Notes: generated by a model not told the origin, from the sequence alone. Shown: positions 33,206-43,037, counted from the first letter of the stretch. The stretch: 64,000 nucleotides of DNA from an uncultured delta proteobacterium (GCA_963737265.1 CAVTRY010000021.1:96001-160000); one strand, 5' to 3'. Numbers and translations are program-made.

Positions 33206-33355
33206 GCAGCTCCGATGGCCGGGCCGGGCATAACCCCGCGACAGCGGTGGGTGGTGGTCGTGGCCGTGGGTCCTGGTCGTCGGCGTGGCCCTGGCCGACG
33301 GTGATCACTCCGGCTACGGCCAAGGCCCTGTGCGACGGTCGCGGGATCAGGAGGA

Positions 33356-33919
33356 TCAGGCGGGCTCGTCGCCGGTGCCGAGCAGGTGGGCAGCCTGGCG
33401 TGCCATCGAAAACAGAACCAACGAAAGCCGATTTATGTAGGGCAGAATGTGCGGGCCAACGGCCTCGGCGGTGGCCAGATGCACCGCGTGGCGTTCGGCA
33501 CGACGGCAAACCGCGCGCGCCACGTGGAGGTACGAGGCGGCCATTCCTCCGCCGGGCAGGATGAAGGCGCGCAGCTTCGGCAACCGCGCATCGATCTCGG
33601 TCACCTCGCGATCGAGAGTGGCCACGTTTGCGGCGACGATACGTGAAGGCGACGCGGTATCGGCAGCGTCGTCGCGCCTTCCTAGCTCTGCGCCAAGGAC
33701 GTACAGCTCGCGCTGGATCCGCCGCAGCGAAGAAACCATGCCCGCCGCCTGCTCGGCAGGCTGATGCGTTTCGAGGTTCGCGCGCGCCAGCCCCAGGAAG
33801 GACGACAGCTCATCGATGCTGCCCAAGCACTCGATGCGCGGATCGTCCTTGCCCACCCGCTGCCCGCTGGCGAGCTGGGTTTGCCCTTGGTCGCCTCGGT
33901 GGAGGTTACGTTCCGCCAT
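33356..33919 (-). CDS. pduO: Cobalamin adenosyltransferase, PduO type
   Basis: GD.G.T.L..G.RV.KDD.RIE..G..DEL, FILPGG, LHVARAVCRRAER, YINRLS. Confidence 0.9.
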   Translation of the reverse strand: MAERNLHRGDQGQTQLASGQRVGKDDPRIECLGSIDELSSFLGLARANLETHQPAEQAAGMVSSLRRIQRELYVLGAELGRRDDAADTASPSRIVAANVATLDREVTEIDARLPKLRAFILPGGGMAASYLHVARAVCRRAERHAVHLATAEAVGPHILPYINRLSLVLFSMARQAAHLLGTGDEPA

Positions 33920-34841
33920 GGTTGGCTTCGGCCAGCCGCTTGTTCAGCACCACCAGCTCGCAGATGGGACCACGCCTGTCCGCGCGCGAGTTGATGAGCC
34001 TTCGCGCCGAGACTTCCCGGATGTCGAAGTCCTTGTAGAGCTTGCGAATGAGCGAGGTGTCGCTGTTCGAAAGCATGAGCAAGCACCCCTTCTTGTCGAG
34101 TGCTCGGTAGAGATCGGCGAGCTTTTCCTGGTCCTTCTCGCCAAACGCATCGCGCGTGTAGGCCGTGAAGTACGAGGTGCTCGAGCGGGGATGGTAAGGC
34201 GGATCGAAATAGACAAAATCGTTCTTCTTGGCCTCGAGCTCGAGCAGCCTAAAATCCTCGGTTTCGATCCGCGCGCCCTGGAGCAGTCGCGCTGCTCGCC
34301 GTAGTCCGTCATCGTTGAAAAGGCCGGGATTGGTGTACCTGCCGAAGGGAACGTTGAAAATTCCGCGGCTGTTCACGCGGTAAAGGCCGTTGAAGCAAGT
34401 CTTGTTGAGGTAGATGAGCCGTGCGGCCTTGCTGGCCAGCGAGATAGGCGATTTCTCCCGCATGGCAAGGAAGAAATCCTTGCTGTGTTGTTTCTGATAC
34501 TTGCGCAGAAGCTTGATCACCTGCCCGACATTCTGCTGGACCGCCTTGAAGGTGTCGATAAGCTCCCGGTTGTTGTCCCAAAGCACAGCGGCCCGGGGCT
34601 CGACCAGGGCCTTGAAGTGAAAGAAGACCGCGCCACTCCCCAGAAATGGCTCGATGTAGCGCTTGACGCTGCCTTTCGGCGGGTAGAAGCGCGCAAGCTG
34701 GGGCAGAAGTTGCGTCTTGCCGCCCGCCCACTTGAGAAAGGGCCGCGAAAAGGAAATTTCGCCGCCTTCTTGCCTGCCGGTCGGAAGTTCGAGTTGGACG
34801 GGAGGTTTTATCTTGCCAGACTTTGCTACCACGCCGGGCAT
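33906..34841 (-). CDS. dam: Dam-family DNA adenine methyltransferase (orphan)
   Basis: PFLKWAGGK, YIEPFLGSGAV, LN.TCFNGLYRVN..G.FNVP.G, FVYFDPPY, LSNS; start uncertain. Confidence 0.9.
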   Translation of the reverse strand: MPGVVAKSGKIKPPVQLELPTGRQEGGEISFSRPFLKWAGGKTQLLPQLARFYPPKGSVKRYIEPFLGSGAVFFHFKALVEPRAAVLWDNNRELIDTFKAVQQNVGQVIKLLRKYQKQHSKDFFLAMREKSPISLASKAARLIYLNKTCFNGLYRVNSRGIFNVPFGRYTNPGLFNDDGLRRAARLLQGARIETEDFRLLELEAKKNDFVYFDPPYHPRSSTSYFTAYTRDAFGEKDQEKLADLYRALDKKGCLLMLSNSDTSLIRKLYKDFDIREVSARRLINSRADRRGPICELVVLNKRLAEANHGGT

Positions 34842-35043
34842 TAGAAGCGTCCTGGTAGGAAAAATGCAACGGCAGAGAACAAGATCGTAGGCCACGAGCC
34901 CGCGACAAGTTGCAGAATCGTGATGATCCTGACGAAGAAATTTCTATAGCTTTTGGGCGGCTGTCGTCTAGACTGCCGCGCCTTTAAGAAAGTCCGCTGG
35001 CCACAAGTAGGCCAGCCCAAAAAAGAACAGGTTGCGAAGCACC

Positions 35044-37167
35044 ATGCCGTCCATTGAGAAGGTCAGAAACATCGGAATTTCCGCCCACATCGACTCGGGC
35101 AAGACCACGCTGTCGGAGCGCATCCTCTACTACACCGGAAAAATTCATAAGATCGAAGAGGTCAAAGGGAAGTCCGGTGTGGGCGCGACCATGGACTTCA
35201 TGGATTTGGAGCGCGAAAAGGGCATCACGATTCAGTCCGCTGCGACCACTGCCGAGTGGGATGGCCACACCATCAACCTGATCGACACGCCGGGGCACGT
35301 GGACTTCACCATCGAGGTCGAGCGCGCCTTGCGCGTTCTCGACGGCGCCGTGCTCGTGCTGTGCGGTGTGGCCGGCGTGCAATCGCAGTCGTACACCGTC
35401 GATCGTCAGATGCGCCGCTACAAGGTGCCGCGCCTGGCGTTCATCAATAAGCTGGACCGCGCCGGCGCCAATGCCGAGCGCGTGACCGCGCAGCTGAAGG
35501 AAAAGTTGGCCCTCAATCCCATCACCATCCAGCTCCAGATCGGCGCCGAGGATCGCTTCGAGGGCGTGGTCGACCTCATCAAGATGAAGGCCCTCTTTTT
35601 CGATGGATCGAGCGGCGAAGACGTGCGCGAGGCCGACATCCCAGCCGACATGGAAGAGGCGGCTAAGGTCGCACGCCAGCGCATGATCGAGGCGATAGCC
35701 GACGTGGATGACAGCATCGCCGAGAAATACCTGGCTGAAGTACCGTGCACGCCCGAGGAATTGATCGCGGCACTGCGTAGAGCCACCGTCGCCTTCAAGG
35801 CCACCCCGGTCTTCTTGGGCTCGGCCTACAAGAACAAGGGCGTGCAACCCCTGCTCGACGGCGTCAACCAGTATTTGCCCAATCCGACCGAAGTCGAGAA
35901 CAAGGCCCTCGATCAGAACAAGAACGAAGAGGCCCTGGTGCTCAGCTCGGAGGCCGACAAGCCCTTCGTGGGTCTGGCGTTCAAGCTGGAAGACGGGCGC
36001 TACGGCCAGCTTACGTACATGCGCGTCTACCAGGGCAAGGTGTCGAAGGGCGATTTCATCGTGAATTGCTCGGATCGACTGAAGCGGATCAAGGTGCCCC
36101 GCCTGGTGCGCATGCACGCCGACGAGATGGTGGACATCGACGCGACCCAGGCCGGCGACATCGTGGCCTTGTTCGGCGTGGACTGCGCCTCGGGTGACAC
36201 CTTCACCGACGGTAAGGTCAACTACACCATGACCTCCATGCACGTGCCCGAGGCGGTCATCTCGCTCGCCATCGAGCCCAAAGACAAGACCACCAGTGCG
36301 AACTTCTCCAAGGGGCTCAACCGCTTCACCAAGGAAGACCCAACCTTCCGCGTGCACCGCGACGAGGAGTCTGGCCAAACCATCATCAGCGGCATGGGCG
36401 AGCTTCACCTCGAAATCTACATCGAGCGCATGAAGCGCGAGTACAACTGCATTGTCATCCCGGGCCGTCCCCAGGTGAAATACCGCGAAACCATCACCCA
36501 GCGAGGCGAGTTCAGCTACACCCACAGAAAGCAGACCGGCGGTTCAGGCCAGTACGGCAAGGTTGCCGGGTACATCGAGCCCCTGCCATCGGACCACGCC
36601 GCCGGCTACGAGTTCGTGGACGAGGTCAAGGGCGGATCCATCCCGCGCGAATTCATCTCGGCCTGCGACAAGGGCTTCCAGGAGGCCATGCACAAAGGTC
36701 CGCTCATCGGCTTCCCCATCGTGGGCGTGCGCTGTCTTATCAACGACGGTAACTCGCACCCGGTGGACTCGTCGGAAATCGCCTTCCGCACGGCAGCCCT
36801 CATGGGCTTTCGCGAAGCCTACGGCCGAGCCAAACCGACCATCCTCGAACCCATCATGTTGGTCGAGGTACAGTTTCCCGAGGAGTTCCAGGGTGCCGTC
36901 ATTGGCCAGCTCAACCAGCGCCGCGGTGCCATTCTCTCGACCGAAAAGACCGAAAGCTTCGTGCAAGCCGTGGCCGAGGTCCCGCTGGCCGACATGTTCG
37001 GCTACGCCACCGACATTCGCTCCGCCACGCAAGGCAAGGGCGAGTTCAGCATGGAGTTCAAGCGCTACGCCGAGCTGCCCAAGCAGCAACGCGAGACCAT
37101 GATCCTGGAATTCCGCACCAAGAAGGAAAAAGACGCGGGCGGCGGGTCCAAGCGCGCGGCAGGTTAG
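35044..37167 (+). CDS. fusA: Elongation factor G (stand-alone copy)
   Basis: [43 protein letters not shown]; not in an rpsL-rpsG operon. Confidence 0.96.
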   Translation: MPSIEKVRNIGISAHIDSGKTTLSERILYYTGKIHKIEEVKGKSGVGATMDFMDLEREKGITIQSAATTAEWDGHTINLIDTPGHVDFTIEVERALRVLDGAVLVLCGVAGVQSQSYTVDRQMRRYKVPRLAFINKLDRAGANAERVTAQLKEKLALNPITIQLQIGAEDRFEGVVDLIKMKALFFDGSSGEDVREADIPADMEEAAKVARQRMIEAIADVDDSIAEKYLAEVPCTPEELIAALRRATVAFKATPVFLGSAYKNKGVQPLLDGVNQYLPNPTEVENKALDQNKNEEALVLSSEADKPFVGLAFKLEDGRYGQLTYMRVYQGKVSKGDFIVNCSDRLKRIKVPRLVRMHADEMVDIDATQAGDIVALFGVDCASGDTFTDGKVNYTMTSMHVPEAVISLAIEPKDKTTSANFSKGLNRFTKEDPTFRVHRDEESGQTIISGMGELHLEIYIERMKREYNCIVIPGRPQVKYRETITQRGEFSYTHRKQTGGSGQYGKVAGYIEPLPSDHAAGYEFVDEVKGGSIPREFISACDKGFQEAMHKGPLIGFPIVGVRCLINDGNSHPVDSSEIAFRTAALMGFREAYGRAKPTILEPIMLVEVQFPEEFQGAVIGQLNQRRGAILSTEKTESFVQAVAEVPLADMFGYATDIRSATQGKGEFSMEFKRYAELPKQQRETMILEFRTKKEKDAGGGSKRAAG

Positions 37168-37272
37168 ACTAGCTCGTCAGGCGACGCCAACGCATTCCGG
37201 CACGGGAACATGCCCAATTCGTGGGCCATTCGGGTTATGGAACGGGGCCCAATCTTGCCCTTTGGGGGACTG

Positions 37273-38835
37273 ATGCCGAAGCTTGTGCTCCTTTCCTTGG
37301 TGTTACCGAGCCTATTCGCCGTGTCACCTGCGCGCGCAGGCGACGAACCCGCGGTCCAAGGGGACGGCCCGGTACTGCCCTACCTTCGCGCTCTACATGC
37401 GAAAGTGCACCGTGACTGGGCTGACAACTTCGTGGCCATGGCCGCGGCCCAGTTGCCCAAAGACCACCCCATCAACGCGGCGTCGCGCGCCGTGGATTTG
37501 GAAGTGGTCATTTCCCCCGAGGGACAGTTGGCCGACGTGAAAGTGGCGAACACCTCCGGTGCCGCCGACTTCGACGCCGCGGCCATGGAGGTCATCAAGG
37601 CCGCCGCACCCTTCGCCGTCGCGCCGGAAGACGCGTTGTCGGACGACGGCAATGCCCACGTGTTGTGGACTCTCGCCCGCGACGATCGCCGTTGCTCCGG
37701 ACTCGCCATTCTCTACAACATCCGCGCCCTCGACGTGGCGGTGCCGGCTCTGGTGGCCCAGGGCCGCGACCTGGCGGCCATCGCGCGCTTGCAGAGCTCG
37801 GACGAAAAGGATCGCGAGCGCGCATTCTCGACGTTCGCTCGCGCCTGGCTCGATCTCGCGGAAGACGACAAGGATCTCGACGTGCGTGTCGCCGCCGCCA
37901 ACGCGTCGGCCGGCGACGGCCGCGGCGCCGAACGACTGCGCAGAGCCGTCGAAAACGGCCAGGACTTGGAGCTGGCCGCCCGCGCCCTCGCCGCGCTGAG
38001 GATTCCCCTGTGTACATTGGTGAAGGACAAGCTGGGCTCCGCCGATGCGCGGGACGCCGTGCTTTCGGTGCTGCGTTTCGGGCCCGACGGAGAATGCCTT
38101 TCTTGGATGGTGAATCTGGCGAAGGATCAGAAGGCGGCGCAGGCACAGCGACTCGTGGCCATCGCGGCTCTCGGAAACAACGACGAGGTCGAGGCGAGAG
38201 GCGTAATCCGGAACCTGCTCGGCGACCGCGCTCCCGCGATTCAGGCCGCAGCCATTCTCGCCGGCGCTCGCGCCGGGGCCGGCAAGGGGGCCATGCTCCG
38301 CCTGACCCCGTTGCTGCGCAACCGTTCCGTCGAGATCCGTGCCGCTGCGGCGGCGGCACTGGTACGCGTGGGCGGCGAACCAGCGCTGGTGCACCTGTTC
38401 CTTCTCTTCAAGGAAACGGATCCGCGGCCCTATGAAGCAGTGGCCGAGCAACTGGCCTGGCTTACTGGGCAGGCATCGGCGGACATGCTCGGACGATTTC
38501 TGCGCAGGGAAGATCGCCGCATCCGGCGGGCCGGCGCCCTGGCATTGGCTCGCCGTCGAGACCCGTTTGCCGCCAAGGCTCAGGCCGCGCTGGCAGGCAG
38601 CCCAGACCCCGAGCTGCGCTTCCTCGCCGGCAACGCCGTCGATTCGGACAAGCGCCTCGCCGCCGCGTCCGCCCCCGAGGGCTATGCCTGGACAGAGGAC
38701 TTCGCCACCCTCGCCGAGGGTAGTGGTGGAATCGCCGCGGTCGATTGGATGCTGGCGCAATTCCCAAAACTCAGCCCCGCCATCCGAGTCGACCTCATGG
38801 GAAGTTGGCTAGCCAGCACGCGTGCGGCGAAGTAA
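37273..38835 (+). CDS. Secreted TonB C-terminal domain / HEAT-repeat protein
   Basis: Signal peptide, SG..DFD.AA...IK.AAPF TonB_C motif, RAAAA.AL HEAT-like repeats. Confidence 0.65.
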   Translation: MPKLVLLSLVLPSLFAVSPARAGDEPAVQGDGPVLPYLRALHAKVHRDWADNFVAMAAAQLPKDHPINAASRAVDLEVVISPEGQLADVKVANTSGAADFDAAAMEVIKAAAPFAVAPEDALSDDGNAHVLWTLARDDRRCSGLAILYNIRALDVAVPALVAQGRDLAAIARLQSSDEKDRERAFSTFARAWLDLAEDDKDLDVRVAAANASAGDGRGAERLRRAVENGQDLELAARALAALRIPLCTLVKDKLGSADARDAVLSVLRFGPDGECLSWMVNLAKDQKAAQAQRLVAIAALGNNDEVEARGVIRNLLGDRAPAIQAAAILAGARAGAGKGAMLRLTPLLRNRSVEIRAAAAAALVRVGGEPALVHLFLLFKETDPRPYEAVAEQLAWLTGQASADMLGRFLRREDRRIRRAGALALARRRDPFAAKAQAALAGSPDPELRFLAGNAVDSDKRLAAASAPEGYAWTEDFATLAEGSGGIAAVDWMLAQFPKLSPAIRVDLMGSWLASTRAAK

Positions 38836-38932
38836 AGAACAAGCGCATCGAACTGGCCACCGGCGTAGCGAACGGAACTCATTGGGCCGCCGGGCCGGCC
38901 CTTTGATCCAAATGGAATGTGCCAGCGGGAAG

Positions 38933-39130
38933 CTAGCAGGAGCAGCCGGGGCAGCCGCGCATCGAAACGGCGCGCGCGCTTCGCAGGGCGGCCTTCGGGG
39001 CGCTCTTCTTCGCGCCCGCTTTCTTGACCGGCTTCTTGGCCGTCTTCTTGGCGACGATCTTCTTGGCGGGCGCCTTCGTGGCCTTGGTTGATTTCTTAAC
39101 AGTGGTTGCTTTCTTTGCTTTGGTAGGCAT
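38933..39130 (-). CDS. Small Lys/Ala-rich histone H1-like protein ending in GCPGCSC
   Basis: 65 aa MPTKAKKATTVKK...KKSAPKAALRS...GCPGCSC; promoter-like TTGCGC-17-CAATAT just upstream. Confidence 0.65.
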   Translation of the reverse strand: MPTKAKKATTVKKSTKATKAPAKKIVAKKTAKKPVKKAGAKKSAPKAALRSARAVSMRGCPGCSC

Positions 39131-39248
39131 GGCGCACATATTGCCGTCATGTGGTCCCGTGCGCAAGATCGCAGACGCGAATATGATCGCGGCTGGACCC
39201 ATTCGATTTGGTCGAAAGCGCCGGCGAGGCGGTATGATCTTCCTCAAG

Positions 39249-40307
39249 ATGCGGACTAAACACGCCCGTTTCAGACTGGTGCTGCTCGGCCTCGCCCTGT
39301 CGCTCGGCTGCGCTACCGAGCCGCCCATCCCATCCCCGACCGTCGCCGAATTGCCCGCGGAAAACACACGCCCCGCGACGGCGGCGAGCGCGCCGACGAC
39401 GGTGCACGCGCGCGACAATGGCGATGCTTTTAGCGTGAACGGCGCGGACGGGCTGGTGAGCCTGTGCCAGTCGCTGCGGGACGAAACCTCGGTGAGCTTT
39501 TCTGGCAACGCCGTCGAGCAAGCACGCGCCGCCGATGCGCATGCGCGCCAGCGCGAAGAAGCACTTGCCGGCCGCTACGTGGCTGTCATCCCCGCCAGCG
39601 GATTCGCCTTTCGCACGTATGACCTCGGCGAGCGCAGATTGGTGCTCGATACCCATCGCACGCTGGTCTTGGGTGATGGTGCGGAGTTGTTCGTTTCCGG
39701 CGGAGATTCCGCGCCCGGTTTCGCCTTGGGCCCCGACCTCGCCGATCGGATTCTAATTCAGCGCGCCGCCGACAAACTTTCCCTTCGCGTGATATTTCGG
39801 CCCGCCGGATCGGAGCTGCGCAGGGACGCGTGCCTGTGGCTCGGCGGCGGTCGAGTGGTCAAGATGGAAATCGACCTGCTGGCCGCCGCGTTGGTCGACC
39901 TCGACGGCGCGGTACTCGCGCGCGGGGACACCGGCGATTACGCCGATTCGGCACTCGCCACTCCGGTCCGATCGCCCAAGGTAACCGTCCGCAAGCCGCG
40001 CGCCGCGGATGGTAGAGAACTTTCCACGAGCGCCGCCGAGCCGCTAGCCGCTCTGGCCGAACAGGCGCAGCCTTGCTATGCGCGCGAGCTCGTCGCCCGG
40101 CCCGCCCTGCGCGGCACGCTGGTGCTGTCGATCCGGATCGGCGTTGGCGGACATGTTGAATCCCCTCACGTCGAGATGACATCGCTGGGAGATCCCGCGC
40201 TGGCAAACTGCGTGGCCGAGAGCGCCGCCAAGGTCAAGCTCGTCGGCGTCGGCACTGGCCAGCGCTTCAGCGTGCCCCTGCAGTTCGGATCGGCCGACGA
40301 ACGCTAG
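39249..40307 (+). CDS. Lipoprotein with AgmX/PglI-like C-terminal domain
   Basis: Lipobox SLGC; C-terminal CY..EL...P.LRG.L.L...G.V...L..CV pattern. Confidence 0.6.
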   Translation: MRTKHARFRLVLLGLALSLGCATEPPIPSPTVAELPAENTRPATAASAPTTVHARDNGDAFSVNGADGLVSLCQSLRDETSVSFSGNAVEQARAADAHARQREEALAGRYVAVIPASGFAFRTYDLGERRLVLDTHRTLVLGDGAELFVSGGDSAPGFALGPDLADRILIQRAADKLSLRVIFRPAGSELRRDACLWLGGGRVVKMEIDLLAAALVDLDGAVLARGDTGDYADSALATPVRSPKVTVRKPRAADGRELSTSAAEPLAALAEQAQPCYARELVARPALRGTLVLSIRIGVGGHVESPHVEMTSLGDPALANCVAESAAKVKLVGVGTGQRFSVPLQFGSADER

Positions 40308-40464
40308 CTCACACGTTGAACTTGAAGGCAGCGCCGAACGCCGCGAAACACAAGGTCTCTCCGTCGACGGATGACTTGCAAAGTGGCCGCGTGCCCCCAG
40401 ACGTACCCCCAAATCTTGACGATGGGGGCTGGTGGACGCCGGTCGCGGTCTTGGGCTGCGCCGC

Positions 40465-40722
40465 TTACCTGTACACCTCTCGCCGGTGGCCGATCTTGAC
40501 CACCAGGACCACCAGGCGGCCGTCCTCGATGGTGTACAGCACGCGGTAGTCGCCCACGCGGATGCGCCAAGCATTGGCTTCGCCTTGCAGCTTGGTGACA
40601 CCCGCCGGCCGCGGATTCTCCGCGAGAGCCTCGATCCTGGCCACCACGCGACGCTGGACGGGCTTATCCAGCGCGCCTAGATCGCGCTCCGCACCCGGGG
40701 AAAGCAGAACGGAATAGCGCAC
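40465..40722 (-). CDS. RelE/ParE family toxin
   Basis: NPRP.G..KL.G...WRIRVGDYRVLY.I.D..LVVLVV.IGHRREVY. Confidence 0.92.
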   Translation of the reverse strand: MRYSVLLSPGAERDLGALDKPVQRRVVARIEALAENPRPAGVTKLQGEANAWRIRVGDYRVLYTIEDGRLVVLVVKIGHRREVYR

Positions 40723-40725
40723 GAG

Positions 40726-40986
40726 CTACAGACCGAGGCGCTTCTTGACCTTGGCCAAGGGGATCGGCTTCTCGCCTTTGGCCTTCATCTCGGCCAGAGC
40801 CTCGCGCGCATCATCGGCATCGATTCGATCTTCCATGGCTTCGAGCAAGGCTAGATCCTCCGCCGGCACGATGGCGGCCAAGGTGTGGCCGTAGCGGGTC
40901 AGCGCGACGCGCTCCTTGGCGTAGGATGCCCGGTTCACCACATCGGAGAACCGCTTGCGCGCCACGGCAGTGGAAACCTTCGTCAT
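40726..40986 (-). CDS. Phd/YefM family antitoxin
   Basis: AR..FS.VVN.....ERV.LTR.G...AAIVP.EDL..LE..ED; TGTACA palindrome overlaps the putative -10. Confidence 0.9.
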   Translation of the reverse strand: MTKVSTAVARKRFSDVVNRASYAKERVALTRYGHTLAAIVPAEDLALLEAMEDRIDADDAREALAEMKAKGEKPIPLAKVKKRLGL

Positions 40987-41266
40987 GTCTATGTTGTACA
41001 CCATGAACAGGATAACGTCGATGTCTTCGACGCCCACATGATGCCCCTGCCGACCTGAGGAGACAGCAGCTCAAGCACGAATAGATCGAAGGGGCGCCAG
41101 TTCGTGGGCCAGTTCTTTCGGGCTTTCTTGGAAGGCGTCTACGCCGAAATCCGCCAGCTGAGACCGCGTGGTGGCCAGGGTGTGATCCAGGCTTTTCTCC
41201 AGTCGATCCGTCATCCTTCGCGTTCCTCAGTCTATGACCTCATAAAAGAGCGTGGCCGTCTCGTAG

Positions 41267-41846
41267 GGGTGCTTCCCTGAAATGGGGGCTGTGGCTTCAC
41301 CTCGCCCCGCGCAGGTGGGATCGGAGGGAAAAACAGGGAGGAACGGAGGACCAGAGGAATCACGGGTTGGGTTGACGAGGAGGCGGAGACCCTCGCGAAG
41401 TACGGGGACGTGGAAATTGACGAGCAGGCCCACCGGCAGTCGTAGGAGCTTGGGATAGGTAATGACCTGTGCCAAGTGGGACAGGAAGCAACTGCTCTAC
41501 CGTCTTGACTTCGACGACCAAACGGCCTTCCACCATGAGGTCGAGGCGATAGCCGCAGTCGAGGTCAATGCCTTTGTACTGCAGAGGAATCGCGACCTGA
41601 CGTTGCGTGCGAAATCCACGCAGGCCTAGCTCGCGCGCCAGGCAGTGCTCGTAGGCCGACTCAAGCAGCCCGGGACCGAGGTGACGGTGGACTTCGATGC
41701 AGGCGGCGATAATTTGCCCAGTAAAGTCATCCTGTCTCTGTTTCTCCGTTCCTCGCTGTTCCATATCTGCGTTTTCGGCGGCACTCCGCCAGAAGTTGCT
41801 ACCTCACCGAGCCCCCGGCTGGGGCCCCCGTTTCAGGGAAGCACCC
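41267..41846 (-). mobile_element. GxxExxY-carrying TIR element, copy 2 (580 bp)
   Basis: TIRs GGGTGCTTCCCTGAAATGGGGGC / GCCCCCGTTTCAGGGAAGCACCC (22/23); GTCTCGTAG duplicated at 41258-41266 and 41847-41855. Confidence 0.92.
41364..41764 (-). pseudogene. GxxExxY protein, copy 2 (one-base insertion near 41479)
   Basis: Intact 5' part MEQRG...LGPGLLESAYE; caagtgggac versus caagtggac in copy 1 shifts the frame after LLPV. Confidence 0.85.
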
Positions 41847-41932
41847 GTCTCGTAGTGCAGTCTTGCAACGGCCTTATCGGCCTATTATCGTATCGCCGGC
41901 TGCTGGCAAGACCTATTCCACTGGACTTCCCG

Positions 41933-43037
41933 TCACACGTTGAACTTGAAGTGAATCACGTCGCCGTCGCGCACGACGTATTCCTTGCCTTCTAGCGCGA
42001 GCTTGGCGTTCTGGCGGCAGGCGGCTTCGGAGCGTAGCCGGATCAGGTCTTCCCACCAGATGACTTCGGCTTTGATGAAGCCACGTTCGAAATCGGTGTG
42101 GATGACGCCGGCGGCTTGCGGGGCCTTCGCTCCGCGGCGGACGGTCCAGGCTCGGCACTCGTCTTCGCCGGCGGTGAGAAAGGTGATGAGATCGAGGACG
42201 GCGTAGGCGGTGCGGGCGACGGCGTGCAATCCGGGCTCTTTGAGGCCAAGACTTTCCAAAAACGCCGGGCGATCCGCGGCGTCGAGTCCGGAAATTTCGG
42301 CTTCGGCGGCGGCGCAGATGGCGACCAGAAGCGCGCCCTCTTTCTTCGCGTGGGCGCGCAAAGCTCTGACAGCGGGATCGCTGTCCACGGCCGCCAACTG
42401 CTTTTCGGCGACGTTGGCCACGTAAAAGACTTTCTTGTGCGTGAGCAGGAACAGCTCGCGCATGAGCTCGTTCTCTTCGTCGGAAAGTCCTTGCGCGCGC
42501 ACGGGTGCGCCCTCGGCCAGTGCCTTCTGCACTTTCAGGCAAACCTCGTAGCGGGCCTTTTCTTCCTTGGACGCCCCGCCCTTCATGGCCGCCTTGGCTC
42601 TGTCGATGCGCTTCTCGACGGTTTCGAGAATCCTTGAGGCACAGCTCGGTGTCGACGGTCAGGACGTCCGACACCGGATCGATGCGGCCATCGACGTGCA
42701 CGATGTTGTCGTCTTCAAAGCAGCGCACGACGTGGGCGATGGCGTCGACTTCGCGAATCGTGGCCAGAAACTGATTGCCAAGGCCCTCGCCCTTCGAGGC
42801 GCCGCGCACGAGGCCGGCTATGTCGACGAAGTTGACCGTCGCGGCGACGGTCGACTTGGGATGGTAGAGCGCAACCAAGGCGTCGAGGCGTGGGTCAGGG
42901 ACCTGCACCACGCCGACGTTGGGTTCGATGGTGCAGAACGGATAGTTCGCCACGGCCGCACCTGCCGCCGAGAGCGCATTAAAAAGCGTCGACTTGCCCA
43001 CGTTGGGCAAGCCGACGATACCGCATGAAATGGCCAT
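41933..43037 (-). CDS. ychF: Obg-family ATPase YchF (apparent frameshift near 42629)
   Basis: [53 protein letters not shown]; one extra base in the LKDLETVEKR codons. Confidence 0.93.

Larger units (their letters stand above)
40309..41951. mobile_element. Degenerate integrative islet at the ychF 3' end
   Basis: TCACACGTTGAACTTGAAG at both 40309-40327 and 41933-41951 (ychF stop end); carries a TA pair and GxxExxY element; no integrase. Confidence 0.75.

Noticed and set aside
34984-36525. Long antisense ORFs (also 10895..12934, 15538..17004, 25309..27018, 37393..38760)
   Set aside because: Shadows of real genes caused by high-GC codon bias; no recognisable motifs.
20013-41846. Two near-identical copies as a DGR template/variable repeat pair
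   Set aside because: Differences are not adenine-specific, no reverse transcriptase is present, and each copy has TIRs and its own TSD.
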